From positions 316,262,001 through 316,326,000 of the forward strand of contig OZ024743.1 of assembly GCA_964016885.1 (NCBI GenBank): a stretch of DNA of 64,000 nucleotides, written 5' to 3'. The notes below the pieces were generated by a model, which was not told where the DNA came from, ran no database searches, and was given only the letters and a program-made list of their open reading frames with translations. A program made the translations under genes and the position numbers. Origin of the DNA: Eledone cirrhosa (lineage: Eukaryota). This document shows, piece by piece, positions 37,212 through 51,449 of this stretch; the first letter of the stretch is position 1, and each line of letters starts with the position of its first letter.

Positions 37212-38028
37212 GGAGGAGGAGGAGGAGGAGGAGGAGGAGGTTTTGTCCCAGATCAGACATGTGATCAAAGTTATTCAATCCATAATTTTTAAATATATAT
37301 ATTGATATTAAGAAATGCACTAGCAGCCGAAGTGTATGAAAAAGTTATATCTGATTAAATACAGAGTGAGTAACCGAGACTGCACCAACGTCTATAAATA
37401 GATACACATATCTAATATGTAGGCATGTAAACATGCCAGAAAATAAGAATTTCCTTGTAAATTGAAAAAATGATAAAACATCTTTAATTGCTTTTGAGAT
37501 TTTATTGAACCTTCATCCGATGACGTATATATCATCCAATGAACCACAAAAAAAAACATGAATTTGGTGGATTTTATTTATACCCATTCGCTCTTAGAAT
37601 TATTCTGAAATGGACATAAAAATTGGCATATAATTAGCGCACGTGTTGGTAATTAAGATATATAGTAAAAGGTGCACGAGCAGCCGAGGTGTATGATAAA
37701 GTTCAATTTGTATGAATCCAGAGTGTGTAATCGAGATTGCACCAATGTATACGAATATATACACATATCTAATTATTTTCAATTTACAGAGAATTTCATA
37801 TTTTCTGGCATGTTTAGATGCCTACAAATTAGATACGGCAAAGGACTCTATCTGACGTTCTAATGACTCTGACAATTCGCCACCTAAATACTGAACCCGA
37901 AACATGTCAATGAGCAATCAACAAAAATGGATTATTAAGAAAACCTATATAGGAAGATATTAACTTCCGTACTTCAGTATCTCGTAGTAAGTCAATCTTA
38001 AATTTATCATTGTCATCTCTAATCTTAT

Positions 38029-38427
38029 CTAAAAGTCTAACGTCTTTCTCGAGGTCGGAGGTTCATCGGGCCGGTGCTTATCCCACATTACATGGCATGA
38101 AGCGACTGAGAATACAAGACCCTCCCCTGGACATAACGCCAGTCCATCGCAGGATTAGACCCCTGGCTATTTTACTCATTTTCAGCTATGTACTGGAGCA
38201 ACGTGAAATGAAGTGTTTTGCTAAAACCCACGACATTATGAGGGGGATTGGCAGTATCGGTAGAGGGTCAGACGCCATGCTTTGCAGCACAGTTACGTCC
38301 CTTTACGGACTGAGTTCAAATCCCGCCGAGGTTAACTTTGCCTTTCATCTTACGGGGTCGATAAAATAAAGTACCAGTAATACACTGGAATAATTGCTGG
38401 CCTTGTGCCTAAAGTAGAAACAATTAT
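38029..38427. mobile_element. SINE A (minus, ~38029-38240) abutting SINE B (plus, ~38241-38427)
   Basis: Matches to both families. Confidence 0.8.
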
Positions 38428-39560
38428 GACCATAAGTCCAACACCCTACCTCTTTAATTTCGTCGTTACTGTGGGATGACACAAATTATGGAAACTGAGA
38501 CATTGATACCAGTGATTAATGTGGGACATTTAATGGAAAGTGATGAGTGTTTGGTTCAGTTGTTCATAATTTATGTGTCTCTGTAAAGGTGCGTGACTTA
38601 GTAGTTAAAGAATAGTGAGGTTGTGAGTTCGTTTCCCGGACCGGATGATGCATTATGTTACTCTTTCTGACATGAGTTACGATCGGTAGATATTATCAGC
38701 AATGGAAAAACTAACGGAAACATTGTTTCCTTGGTCCAATTTAATGAGTTCCACCCGACTCGGTAAGCAAATAAAGTCTGGGAACGTGTTGATCGATCGT
38801 GTTGAGAGATGTTAGTGATATTAACTTTCATGTCCCTCGTAGTAAGTAAGTAACGTTTGTTTACTACAAGATACTGATGAACAGAGTTTAATATTTTCCT
38901 ATGTAGAATTTTGTAAATAATTCATTCTTTTTATTTCTTGCCCATTTACTCATCTGGCTAGTGGTAGTTAGAGACAGTACTAACACGGCATGGTTTACAA
39001 TAAAGATGTATATAACACCATAGATAATATTGTTATGTATAATAAACATACCTTTCGTCTTGCTGTGAGTATTTCAAGCTGTAATGTTTAGCATACATAA
39101 ATATGTGCAGGTTTGGGTGCGTTGTTAAAGAGTTTACTTCGAAACCCAGTGGTTTGGAGTTTATATTTAGCATAAATACAAGCTTAGTTGTTAAGAATGT
39201 TGATCAAGATGCTAAACTTTGGCATTGAAAGTTGTACTAAATCCCCAAAAGACATAACGCATCGCCCGGTCCGGAAATTAAACTCACAACCTCGTGATTG
39301 CAAATTCAATTCCCTAACCTTCACACTATGCTATATACAACCGGATAAAGACAAAATGAATAACATCAGTTTAATATATGTTATTCATTATTCACATTTC
39401 ACATTCTCTCTTAACATATTCTTAAAATATCTTGCACAATCGTCTTCTGCAAATAAAACCAACCCAGTGATGATAAAATTAAGTATTTAATGTACAAGAT
39501 ATTGCAGTATCTTTCCTTACTCTAGATGTGTAAGATAATAATTTATGAATTTTGTAGTGG

Positions 39561-39607
<47 letters not shown>

Positions 39608-40186
39608 TGTAATAAACAACATAAGGCAATTTTTGATTGAATAATCCAATTCATAAAGGTCCATGGTGTATGTTGGTTAAATTCCTGAAAACTGTAGAGT
39701 GCTCAACTAATCGGGCTGGAAAGTGGCAATCATATATGTAATATAGAATATGCTTCAATCAATCCCGGTTGGAGCTGTATAAATGAAGTAATTCCGTCGG
39801 AAAGGTCCAGGAAAAAAGAGTGCTCTATGTAGGTTACAGAGCTTAATAGTTATGTAATAAACAACATAAGGCAATTTTTTATTGAATAATACATATATAT
39901 GCTTATATGTATGCGTATTTATATGCATATGTGGAACAGTCGGTATGTATCTATGTATATAATGCACTGGGGTAATTACTAGCCTTGTGCCAAAAGTAGA
40001 TAATTAGTTATATTTCTACTTTATGCTATGTTGTTATGTATGAATATTTCCTATTAATCAAATTTCGAATTTAAATACAATGTGTGCCAACATATTTTTA
40101 CTTGTTCTAAAATTCGTATTGAGACAAAATGTTTGGGAACCACTAATGTAACTCAAAAGAAAACATTAGCGAGAACTGACAAATTG

Positions 40187-40381
40187 CAGACCTGCCAACC
40201 TCTAAAAACTCAAACGGGAAGTACCGTGAAAAAGAATGCCCCAAAACGGGGAGAAATTAGGCAAAATGGGGAGATTTGACATAATGAAAGCTATACCCAT
40301 TTTCACAAGAGAAGACATCTCTCACCCACCCCAAAGCGGGTAGGTGATCTCCCCGTCGGACGGGGAGAGTTGACAGGTCTG
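40187..40381. mobile_element. MITE with TIR CAGACCTG(C/T)CAAC
   Basis: CAGACCTGCCAAC ... GTTGACAGGTCTG, AAATT on both flanks. Confidence 0.65.
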
Positions 40382-40419
40382 AAATTATAATGTTAGTGAA
40401 TCTTACCTTGATATTGAGA

Positions 40420-40829
40420 TACTCTCGTGTCCCAAATAATACTTGTGGTTGGAATAAGCAGGGGCTTGGAATAAGCGGAGAGGGGGTTGAAAAGTTGGTA
40501 ATTTTTCTCGGGTGTCTCCGTTGATTTTTTTAAAAACCAGAATTAGTAGTTTAGTTTACATATTCATACCCCAACCCATCCTATTTATTTCATAACGTAT
40601 GGGATTTCTTGTAATGTTCTTTTTGTCATGTATAATGTTTTCTAAAGAATAAAACAAATTAATTGTCCCAGGAATGCTACCACTTAAAATAATATTTCAC
40701 CGGAAATGGATTAACAAAATTTAATAAGCATGGGAGAGGCTGGAATATGAATGGGGATGGTGAAAAAAATCTGAAAAATTACTAAGCGGTGTGAGGGGGG
40801 GGGGGGCGATTATTCGAGACCCGAGGGTA
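40420..40829. mobile_element. TA-flanked MITE (Tc1/mariner/pogo-like)
   Basis: TACTCTCGTGTCCCAAATAAT ... ATTATTCGAGACCCGAGGGTA imperfect TIRs. Confidence 0.6.
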
Positions 40830-40939
40830 GCTGTGGCATGATTAAAATATTCATAGTGAGACAAAATATATGTTTATTATACAGAAATATATTGTATATA
40901 GGTCCATATTCACCTCTAACACATTGCTATTTGTCTCCA

Positions 40940-41216
40940 AAAGTCTAAAGTCTGTCTCCAGTCCGGAAGCACATCAGACCGGTGCTTATCCCGGTTTCGT
41001 GGCGGGAAGCAACTGAGAGTAAAAGACTTCCCCCTGGACATAACGCCATCGCAGGGATAAACCTCCAGCTATTGCTGGTGCTTATTTTCAGTTGGGTATA
41101 CTGGAGCAACGTGAAATGAAGTGTTTTGTTCAAGAACAAAATATACAACCTAGTCCAGGAATTGAACCTGCATAATGATCGTAAGTGCAACACACTTAAC
41201 ACTAGGCCACGCGCCT
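40940..41216 (-). mobile_element. SINE family A, near full length
   Basis: Head, core and tail match. Confidence 0.85.
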
Positions 41217-41685
41217 TCCCAAAGACTCTATTTTTTTCTCACATTCTTTGCGCATTCCCTCGTTATATCTTAAGAAAATCTTACAGTTATATTGTTCCAG
41301 ATATGGTAATTATTTGTAACATTTGAATAAGGAAAACAGGTGTGGCTTAATGGTTTAAAAATTCCCTTCGCAGTTATGAGGTTTCGGTTTCGATCTTACT
41401 GCCTGGCATCTTGGACAAGTGTCTTTACCATCGCCTTGTTAGACGGAAACTATACGTATATGTGTTGGGTGGGGTCTACAAAACTCTACATATTGAATGA
41501 TCTCTTCAAATGTTAAGATCTCTACAAATGGAGAGATCTCTTCAAGCGTTAAGATTCTCTACACATTTCTATAAATCTCTACGAATTATAAACTCTTCTA
41601 CAAATCTCTATCAGAAGATCCCCTACAAATCTCTATAAATTATAAGATTCTCTCCAAATCTCTCTAAATGGCAAGAATCTCGACA

Positions 41686-42355
41686 TCTAAACTATAATAA
41701 AGGAAGGTCTGCGGGTTTGCGTACGGTTTATTTATTTTTTTATCCCGTTTGTAAAATAAGTTGGATTACTTTGAATAAATAATTGTTTCTACTTTAGGCA
41801 CAAGGCCAAAAATTACCCAGTGCATTACTGGTACTTTATTTTATCGACCTCGTAAGGATGAAAGGCAAAGTCAACCTCGGCGGGATTTGAACTCAGATCG
41901 TAAAGGGACGTAACTATGCTGGAAAGCATGGCGTCCGACCCTCTACCGATACTGCCAATCCACCGCCCTTTGAATAAATAATGAATGAATATTACATAAT
42001 TTATCTACTAAATTTCGTGGCTGTTGATTAAATATATTTTGTTTATTTAACGATTCACTTCTTTAAAATTTCTGAAATGTCAACACTTCTGGTTGGCCAT
42101 CGCTTAAATAAACATACTAATTTTCTCCTAATGCAGTTTATATATAATATCGTCTTTTTTAATGTATCATGGATTACGTTACTGATTAAATAAGACAGTG
42201 TTACGCAGTCTTCGTTCAGTTTCTATGTATTATATATTGTCAATTACGATTTTATTTGATGTATCATATCTACATGTATATATACCTGCGTATAATATCA
42301 ATATACACACTACACATGCTAGCAGAAAACCACCCGAGGGTGGTTTTTCTGCTAG
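41686..42355 (+). mobile_element. Non-autonomous Helitron carrying a SINE B
   Basis: A|TCTAAACTATAATAAA 5' end; AAAACCACCC-GA-GGGTGGTTTT hairpin then CTAG|T; paralog at 45241-45905. Confidence 0.75.
41784..41968 (-). mobile_element. SINE family B with 14-bp TSD
   Basis: TTTGAATAAATAAT at 41770-41783 and 41969-41982. Confidence 0.9.
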
Positions 42356-42996
42356 TATATATAATTGGGAGATAAATCTCTACGAATATAAACTTTTCTA
42401 CAAATCTCTATAAATCAGACGATCCCCTACAAATCTCTACAAATTATAAGATTCTCTACAAATCTCTACAAATCATAAGATTCTCTACAAACCTCCACTA
42501 TTTCTACATATGTTGACATTCTCCACATATTTCTACAACTTCTCAATATTCTATACAAATCTCTCTAAATGGCAAGAATCTCGATGTATATATATATATA
42601 TAATGGCGAGATATAATTTTCAAAGTCAGAACCCCTGAGGTCGAAACAGCTGATCTTCAAGAGGACAACAGGTACACCCCACCTTAGCATACTTCTCATA
42701 TAAAACGGCACAGCTGTTATAAACAAATAATATTCTAAACCAGACACAAGAAAAAGTCTGTCCAACATTTTATAACCACTCTTCCTTCTCATCGTATCTT
42801 CTCTATAAAAGTTGCAATTACTCTGAACAAACAAGTTGTATATCAACACCATCATCTGACCCAACCACACTCTAGTCCCCCGCATTTACTTTTATCTTCG
42901 TCTAGATAGCCTTGACCGACGGGGTTTCTGCCGTCTGAATTCAAATCCCATCGAAGTAAACATTGCTTTTCATCTTTTCGGGGTCGTCGTCCTCGT

Positions 42997-43440
42997 CTTC
43001 TTCTTCTTCTTCTTCTTCTTCTTCTTCTTCTTCTTCTTCTTCTTCTTCTTCTTCTTCTTCTTCTTCTTCTTCTTCTTCTTCTTCTTCTTCTCCTCCTCAT
43101 TCGCCCGCTTATTCCTGAGAGTTTTGAGGGGACAAAGTCCTCAAACACTCCTTCTGCGGGTCCTGTCAGATGCAACCGTCTCCAACTGATCCGGCTGGAT
43201 CTCCAAGCGAGTCCAACCGACTCACGGATGTTATCCAACCATCTTGCTCGGGGTCTACCCCTGGGTCTCCTGTCAGTTGGTTTTGCCCATAAAATCTATC
43301 TAGCGATTCTTTACTTGGACATTCTAACCATATGTCCGTAATATCGGAGCAGTGCTCTCTCAATTCGGGGAAATAGCGACTCTACCTGGAGTGACTCTCT
43401 GAGCTACGAGCTACGCACTCTGTCGAGTAACGTTACTCTA
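42997..43440 (-). mobile_element. RTE-type LINE 3' end with (GAA)n tail
   Basis: GRPRGRPRARWLDNIRES-like terminal motif; related fragment ~60510-60670. Confidence 0.7.
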
Positions 43441-43559
43441 GAGACCCTTGGAAGGAGCCCCATTTCGACCGTTAGTATTCGGGGGTCGATAAATAAAGTA
43501 CCAGTCTAGTGTGGTGAAATTGTTAGAACGTTGAGCAAGATGTTTTGTGGCACCTGTAC

Positions 43560-43908
43560 AAGATGCCACAACAGATGCCATATCAAGAACAACAACAGTA
43601 ACAACAGCAACAATATCAGCAACAACAACAGTAATAGCAACAACAACAACAACAACAACAACAACATCAGTGGCAGCAACAACAACAACAGCAACAGGAA
43701 CAACAGCAACAACAACAACATCAGCAACAGGAGCACAGCAGCAGCAGCCACAACAGCAACAACAACAATAACAACAACAACAACAGCAGCAGCAATAGGA
43801 CAAGAGTAACAACAACAGCAGCAACAGTAGCAGCAGCCACAACAGCAGCAACAACGACAACAACAAGAAGAACAAGCAGGTGTGATACTTGAATCTAAAC
43901 AATAATGT

Positions 43909-43945
<37 letters not shown>

Positions 43946-44460
43946 CAGGTGTGTACAGGTGTGTACAGGGAGACATAACACTCACTGAAGACAATTACCT
44001 GACAATCAACCTGAAACAACACTTGATTGGAACACCAGAGATATAACAACAACTATAACAACGACAACAATATCAGCAACATCAACAATAACGATAACGA
44101 CAAAACTAAAACCAGCAACAATAACAACAACAACAACAACATCAACAACAACGACAGCAACAATAACAACAAGAATAGCAACAACAACAACAATATCAGC
44201 AGCAGCAGCAACAACAACAACAACAACAATATCAGCAACAACAACAATAACGACGACAAAACTAATACCAGCAGCAACAACAACGACAGCAACAACAACG
44301 ACAGCAACAACAACAACAATAACAACAACAACAATATCAGCAACGACAGCAACAATAACAACAACAACAATATCAGCAACAACAACAACAACAATATCAG
44401 CAACAGCAACGACAGTAATAACAACAACGACGACGACGATAACAACTGTAATAATGACGG
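43560..44460. repeat. Degenerate (CAA/CAG/AAC)n trinucleotide tract
   Basis: Direct reading. Confidence 0.9.
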
Positions 44461-44526
44461 TTTTTAATTTAAGCACAAGGTCAGCAATTTGAGGAAATGC
44501 GCCGTCATTTAAATTTACCTCGGTGT

Positions 44527-44813
44527 GGAGGCGTGTGGTCTAGTGGTAAGGGTGTTGGACTTACAATCATAATGTCGTGGGTTCGATTCCTGGGCTGGGT
44601 TGTGTATTATGTTTTTGGACAAAACACTTCATTTCCCGTTGCTCCAGTATACTCAGCTGAAAATGAGTACGAGCAATAGCTGGAGGTTTAACCCTGCGAT
44701 GGACTGGAGTCCTATCCAGGGGGGAGTCTTTTAATCTCAGTCGCTTCACGCAACTAAACCGGGATAAGCACCGGCCAAACGAGCCCTCTGGCTTGAGACA
44801 GACTTTTAGCCTT
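44527..44813 (+). mobile_element. SINE family A, full length
   Basis: GGCGTGTGGTCTAGTGGTAAGG...GGTTCGATTCC head, core, tail. Confidence 0.9.
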
Positions 44814-45152
44814 TTTAATTTTTGTTCTCAGTGCACAACTGGTACTTTATTTTATCGATCTCGGAAGTATGAAAGACAAAGTTGACCTTGGTACTTAGAA
44901 AATAGAGAGTTGGAACAAATAACACTCAGTTTTTTGGCCAGTGCTTTAATCTTCTGCCCAACAGCAATAACACCATCAACAACAACAGCAACATCAGCAA
45001 CAACAATAATAATTGCTTCTACTTTTTGGCACAAGACCAGCAATCACCAGTACATTACTGGTACTTTATTATATCGACCCCATAAATGGTTTCTGATTTA
45101 GGCACAAGACCAACAATTTTGGGCGAGGGGAAAGTCGATTATATATGTATGT

Positions 45153-45240
<88 letters not shown>

Positions 45241-45244
<4 letters not shown>

Positions 45245-45905
45245 AAAATTAATAAAGAAAGGAGTGCTGGACTGCATCCAGAATATATTTTTTTTCCCCG
45301 TTTTTAAAATAAGTTGGATTACTTGGAATAAATAATTGTTTCTACTTTTGGCACAAAGCCACCAATTATTCCAGTGTATTACTCGTACTTTATTTTATCG
45401 ACCTCGTAAGGATGAAAGGCGAAATTAACCTTGGCGGGATTTGAACTCAGTCCGTAAAGGGACGTAACTGTGCTGCAAAGCATGGCGTCCGACCCTCTAC
45501 CTATACTGTCTGAATAAATAATGAGTGAATATTACATAATTTATCTACTAAATTTCGTGATTGTTGATTAAATATATCTTATAGTTTATTTAAAGATTCA
45601 CTTCTTTAAAATTGTCAAATGTCAACACTTCCGGTTAGCGGCCGTTATATTATAACACTTATAATCGCATATATTTCCGTCGCTAATTTTCTCCTAATGC
45701 AGTTTATATATAATATCATCTTTTTTTTTATGTATCATGGATTACGTTACTGATTACATAAGACGGTGTAACAACGTCTTCGTTCAATTTCTGTGTATAT
45801 TGTCAATTACGATTTTATTTACATGCATATATATTTGTGTATAATATCAATATACACACTACACATGCTAGCAGAAAACCACCCGAAGGGTGGTTTTTCT
45901 GTTAG
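45241..45905 (+). mobile_element. Non-autonomous Helitron paralog with the same SINE B insertion
   Basis: Colinear with 41686-42355; same terminal hairpin, ends TTAG|T. Confidence 0.7.
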
Positions 45906-45973
45906 TATATATAATTTATATATATATATAAATAAGAAAAATTATCGCTCTACATGGCTGAGTACAATAAATG

Positions 45974-46142
45974 TAATCTGAGTTTTCCGAATATTAATAA
46001 TATTCGATTCGTTTGCAATTATGCAAACAGCCTCCTTTTTGGAACAAGAAAAGGGTGCTCAATCTACTGACATGGCTTTAAAAAAGAGGCTGTTTGCATA
46101 ATTGCAAACGAATCAAATATTATTAATATTCGAAAAACTTAG

Positions 46143-46146
<4 letters not shown>
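45974..46146. repeat. Palindromic (MITE-like) element, ~65-bp arms
   Basis: TAATCTGAGTTTTCCGAATATT... / ...AATATTCGAAAAACTTAGATTA. Confidence 0.85.
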
Positions 46147-46200
<54 letters not shown>

Positions 46201-46528
46201 GAGATATAGGTATATATAGAGTGAGTGAAAGAGACATATATCTTATGAGAAAACAGTATTTTGTACACACACAAAAAGCATATATATCTAGGGAGAATAC
46301 GTACTTCAAATGGAAATGGTTCTTATTTACTTGTGACCATTTAATGATTCAAGGAGAGCCATAACTCAAAAAATGATCTAAGCAATCGATCATCGATCAC
46401 CAACTATCGGTTATAGTTAAGTTATGGGAGACGCGAATCAATCATCAGAGGAAATACGTCAATTAAATATAGTTACAATAAAGTGTATTGTACAAAATAC
46501 CTGTCTATATCTGCTAGGATTATATATA

Positions 46529-46574
<46 letters not shown>

Positions 46575-46616
46575 TGGGGGGGGGGATATAGCTAGATAGA
46601 TAGATAGATAGATAGG

Positions 46617-47179
<563 letters not shown>

Positions 47180-47329
47180 AGTGGGGTAGGTAATGTCCAC
47201 TCATATCCCACCCCAAACAAGGAAAAATAATATTTAAAGTGTACCCAAGTAAATAATCCAAATACGCTGTGATTGCATTTCCTATTACTGTGCAACTACT
47301 ACTACTGCTAATACTACTACTACTACTAC

Positions 47330-47367
<38 letters not shown>

Positions 47368-47504
47368 ATGGTGGTGGTGGTGGTGAATTGCGAATGAGTT
47401 GTTTGTTTAGCGGCCAAACTAAAAAACTAAGACCAGGATTAATAGAAGATTTAAGTTTCGTGTTTGGCGGCGATCTGCTAATTATGTTGTTTAGTTAACG
47501 ACTA

Positions 47505-47602
<98 letters not shown>

Positions 47603-47720
47603 ATAATAATAAATTTGAAGACTAAAATCCAAAGAGGGCTCGATAAGGATAAATATATATCAAATATATAAGAACCGTAGAGCAAATATTTATTAAAATA
47701 ACATAATCTGTTATTTTAAT

Positions 47721-47772
<52 letters not shown>

Positions 47773-48020
47773 TATATATATATACACATACACACATATA
47801 TATATATATATATATACATGTATATATATATATATATACATACACATATATATATATATATATATACACATACACATATATATATATATATACACACATA
47901 CACATATATATTTTGTTGCTGTGCTGATAACAAAATATATATGTGTATGTGTGTATATATATATATATACATACACACACACACATATATATATATATAT
48001 ACACATATACATATATATAT

Positions 48021-48381
48021 ATTAGAAATTAGAAATTATAAGCTTTCACCGTATTTTAGACTAAAGACATTTCTAGCCTGATAATGGGGTTTATAACCCT
48101 CGGAGAAATGGAAAAAGATGAGTGTTGCCGTACATGGGAGTCGAACCCACATCTTTGGTTATCCAGACCACTGTGTTACCATTACACCAATACACATCCC
48201 GTCTCCTTCCATTCGAATGAGAAGCTATGAACTTAGCAAGTGAATGCTAAACAAGCAACACTCATCATATACGGCAACACTCATCTTTTTCCATTTCTCC
48301 GAGGGTTACAAACCCCACTATCAGGCTAGACATTTCTTTAGTCTAAAATACGGTGAAAGCTTATAATTTCTAATTTCTAAT
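48021..48381. mobile_element. Palindromic element with ~112-bp arms enclosing a tRNA-like head
   Basis: Arms 48021-48132 / 48270-48381; minus-strand cloverleaf 48126-48196. Confidence 0.75.
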
Positions 48382-48475
48382 TTCAAACTCGCGCACCGTT
48401 TCAAAAACATACTTACATGTTTACGTTTATAATTTGCTTGTATATATATATATATATATATACATATATACACAT

Positions 48476-48559
<84 letters not shown>

Positions 48560-48607
48560 ATATATTTGCTTGTATATATATATATATATATATACATATA
48601 TACACAT

Positions 48608-48649
<42 letters not shown>

Positions 48650-48654
48650 ATGTG

Positions 48655-48720
<66 letters not shown>

Positions 48721-48759
48721 CACATACACACATATATATATATATACATATATACACAT

Positions 48760-48878
<119 letters not shown>

Positions 48879-48926
48879 TAGATAGATAGACTGAATGATT
48901 GATTGATTGATTGATTGATATAGATA

Positions 48927-49379
48927 TCTATATATATAAAATTGTAGTTCCTGTTTGTTTGTTCACGAACTCCTATGGTTTTGGAGATAGACCACCATAA
49001 CCATATATATTCTGAAACTTCATTGCCCAGGGTACTTGGATAAGTATATTTCATTTTAATCAAAGGGTTCCCTGGGGACCACAAACCCCCGCTGAAAATG
49101 TTTTCGCTTCGATTTATATGAAATTTAAACCATAGGTAAAAGATATGATGCCTCTTCACAAAAGTTTTGAATTTATATTTTGAAAAAAATTATTAACAAG
49201 AAACAAAATAAGAATAAGATTTAATAATGTAATTTTGATTTGATATATTACATTTTACATTGAGTAATATTGAAATACAGTGTTTTTCTCCATAAATTAT
49301 ATCACTGATTTAAAATCAATCATCATTTTCTTACAAAAGAAATGTGTGAAACGCAGCAAGGCGCAGGTAATTCGGCTAG
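48927..49379 (+). mobile_element. Non-autonomous Helitron
   Basis: A|TCTATATATATAAAA start; GC-rich imperfect hairpin then CTAG|T end. Confidence 0.6.
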
Positions 49380-49389
49380 TATATATATA

Positions 49390-49925
49390 CATCTTGGTAG
49401 TGAAATCAATTCAACTGAAAAGTATATGAAGATCAGAATAGCTAATGCATGGACCGCCCTTAAAAAGATGGACATAATCTGGAAATCTGATCTTCCAGAC
49501 AACCTAAATTGCAACTTCTTCTATGCTACTGTAGAATCTGTCTTGATGTATGGTGCCATTGCTAGGACACTGACTAAAAGACTAGAATCCAAACTTGATA
49601 GAACTTATACACGGATGCTGAGAGCTGTACTTAATATCTCATGGACACAGTATCCCTCTAAAGAACTGCTCCATGATCCCATCCCTGATATATTTGCAAT
49701 ATTTGTGATTTGCAGGACACTGCTGGCGAGCAAAGCAGGAACATATTAGTGATCTTTTGTTTTGGGCACCCAGCCGTGGTCAGAGGTAGGTTGGTCAAGC
49801 GGCTTTAACTTACATCGATTAACTATGTAGAGACACAGGATGCTTCCCTAATGACCTCCCAACAATTATGCTTGATCATGATGGATGGCGTGCTAGGCTC
49901 ATGAATGTCCGAGCAAGCTCCAGCC
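49390..49925 (+). mobile_element. RTE-type LINE RT C-terminal fragment
   Basis: HLGSEINSTEKYMKIRIANAWTALKKMDIIWKS...ATVESVLMYGA...LDRTYTRMLRAVLNISW. Confidence 0.85.
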
Positions 49926-49931
49926 AGACAA

Positions 49932-50105
<174 letters not shown>

Positions 50106-50111
50106 ATATAC

Positions 50112-50145
<34 letters not shown>

Positions 50146-50146
50146 G

Positions 50147-50181
<35 letters not shown>

Positions 50182-50477
50182 ATGAATGTATGTATGAGTA
50201 TATATATATATATATATATATATATGCGTATATATATATGTATACACACACACACACAAACACATGCTTACGCACGTGCTCAAGTTACAAAACGGTTTTT
50301 TTTTCCATTTCAGGTAGACGCGCCCCATCATCCACTTTTCTAAAAAACAAATCATACACAAAGCACCAACAGTTTTGGAAGAGATGTCAACAATAATGGG
50401 CCTGTTATTTTTATCTAAAGACATTTTTTCTAATTCCATCCCGCCCGTCCCCTCAATCTATTTTATTTCTCATTCTT

Positions 50478-50513
50478 TCTTCTGATGAAGGACTAGCGTC
50501 CGAAACGTTAAGA
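50478..50513 (+). ncRNA. Minimal type-I hammerhead ribozyme motif (Penelope-like element type)
   Basis: TCTT-CTGATGA-A-GGAC-TAGC-GTCC-GAAACGTT-AAGA. Confidence 0.55.
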
Positions 50514-50597
50514 CCCTCTTCCTGCTATATCAAGCGTTAACCTAATATATACCTTCCATATACTGTACCGATCGTGTTGTTATTTCTGTTTACCTTT

Positions 50598-51030
<433 letters not shown>

Positions 51031-51039
51031 AATATAGGG

Positions 51040-51388
51040 CGGGTAAAATTCCCGAGATCCATGGACGAGTTCTCTCCAGCGATCTCTGTCCCTCATTATC
51101 GCTGCCATGTCCTGCGTCTACAACAGACCAGTGTCCGTCCTTAGGGCATCAACATATGTTAACCTCGGTCTTCCTCTTCCAGTGTGTCCATGTAGGGGCT
51201 CCCACAGGAGCACTGAGTGTAATCTCAACTCTGGATGTCGGTGAGCATGTCCAGCTAACCTCAGTCTCCTCTGTGTCACTTTTGAGCTGACTTTTGTGAG
51301 GCTCCCATACAGCTCTGAGTTTTTCATCCTCAGTGTATACTGATTAATGTTCACAGCCATTCTCAGCATTCTCGTGTAGCACCCATCC

Positions 51389-51390
<2 letters not shown>
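51040..51390 (-). mobile_element. RTE-type LINE 3' fragment
   Basis: DGCYTRMLRMAVNI...QRRLRLAGHAHRH...GRGRPRLTYVD; DRDRWRELV. Confidence 0.85.
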
Positions 51391-51449
<59 letters not shown>

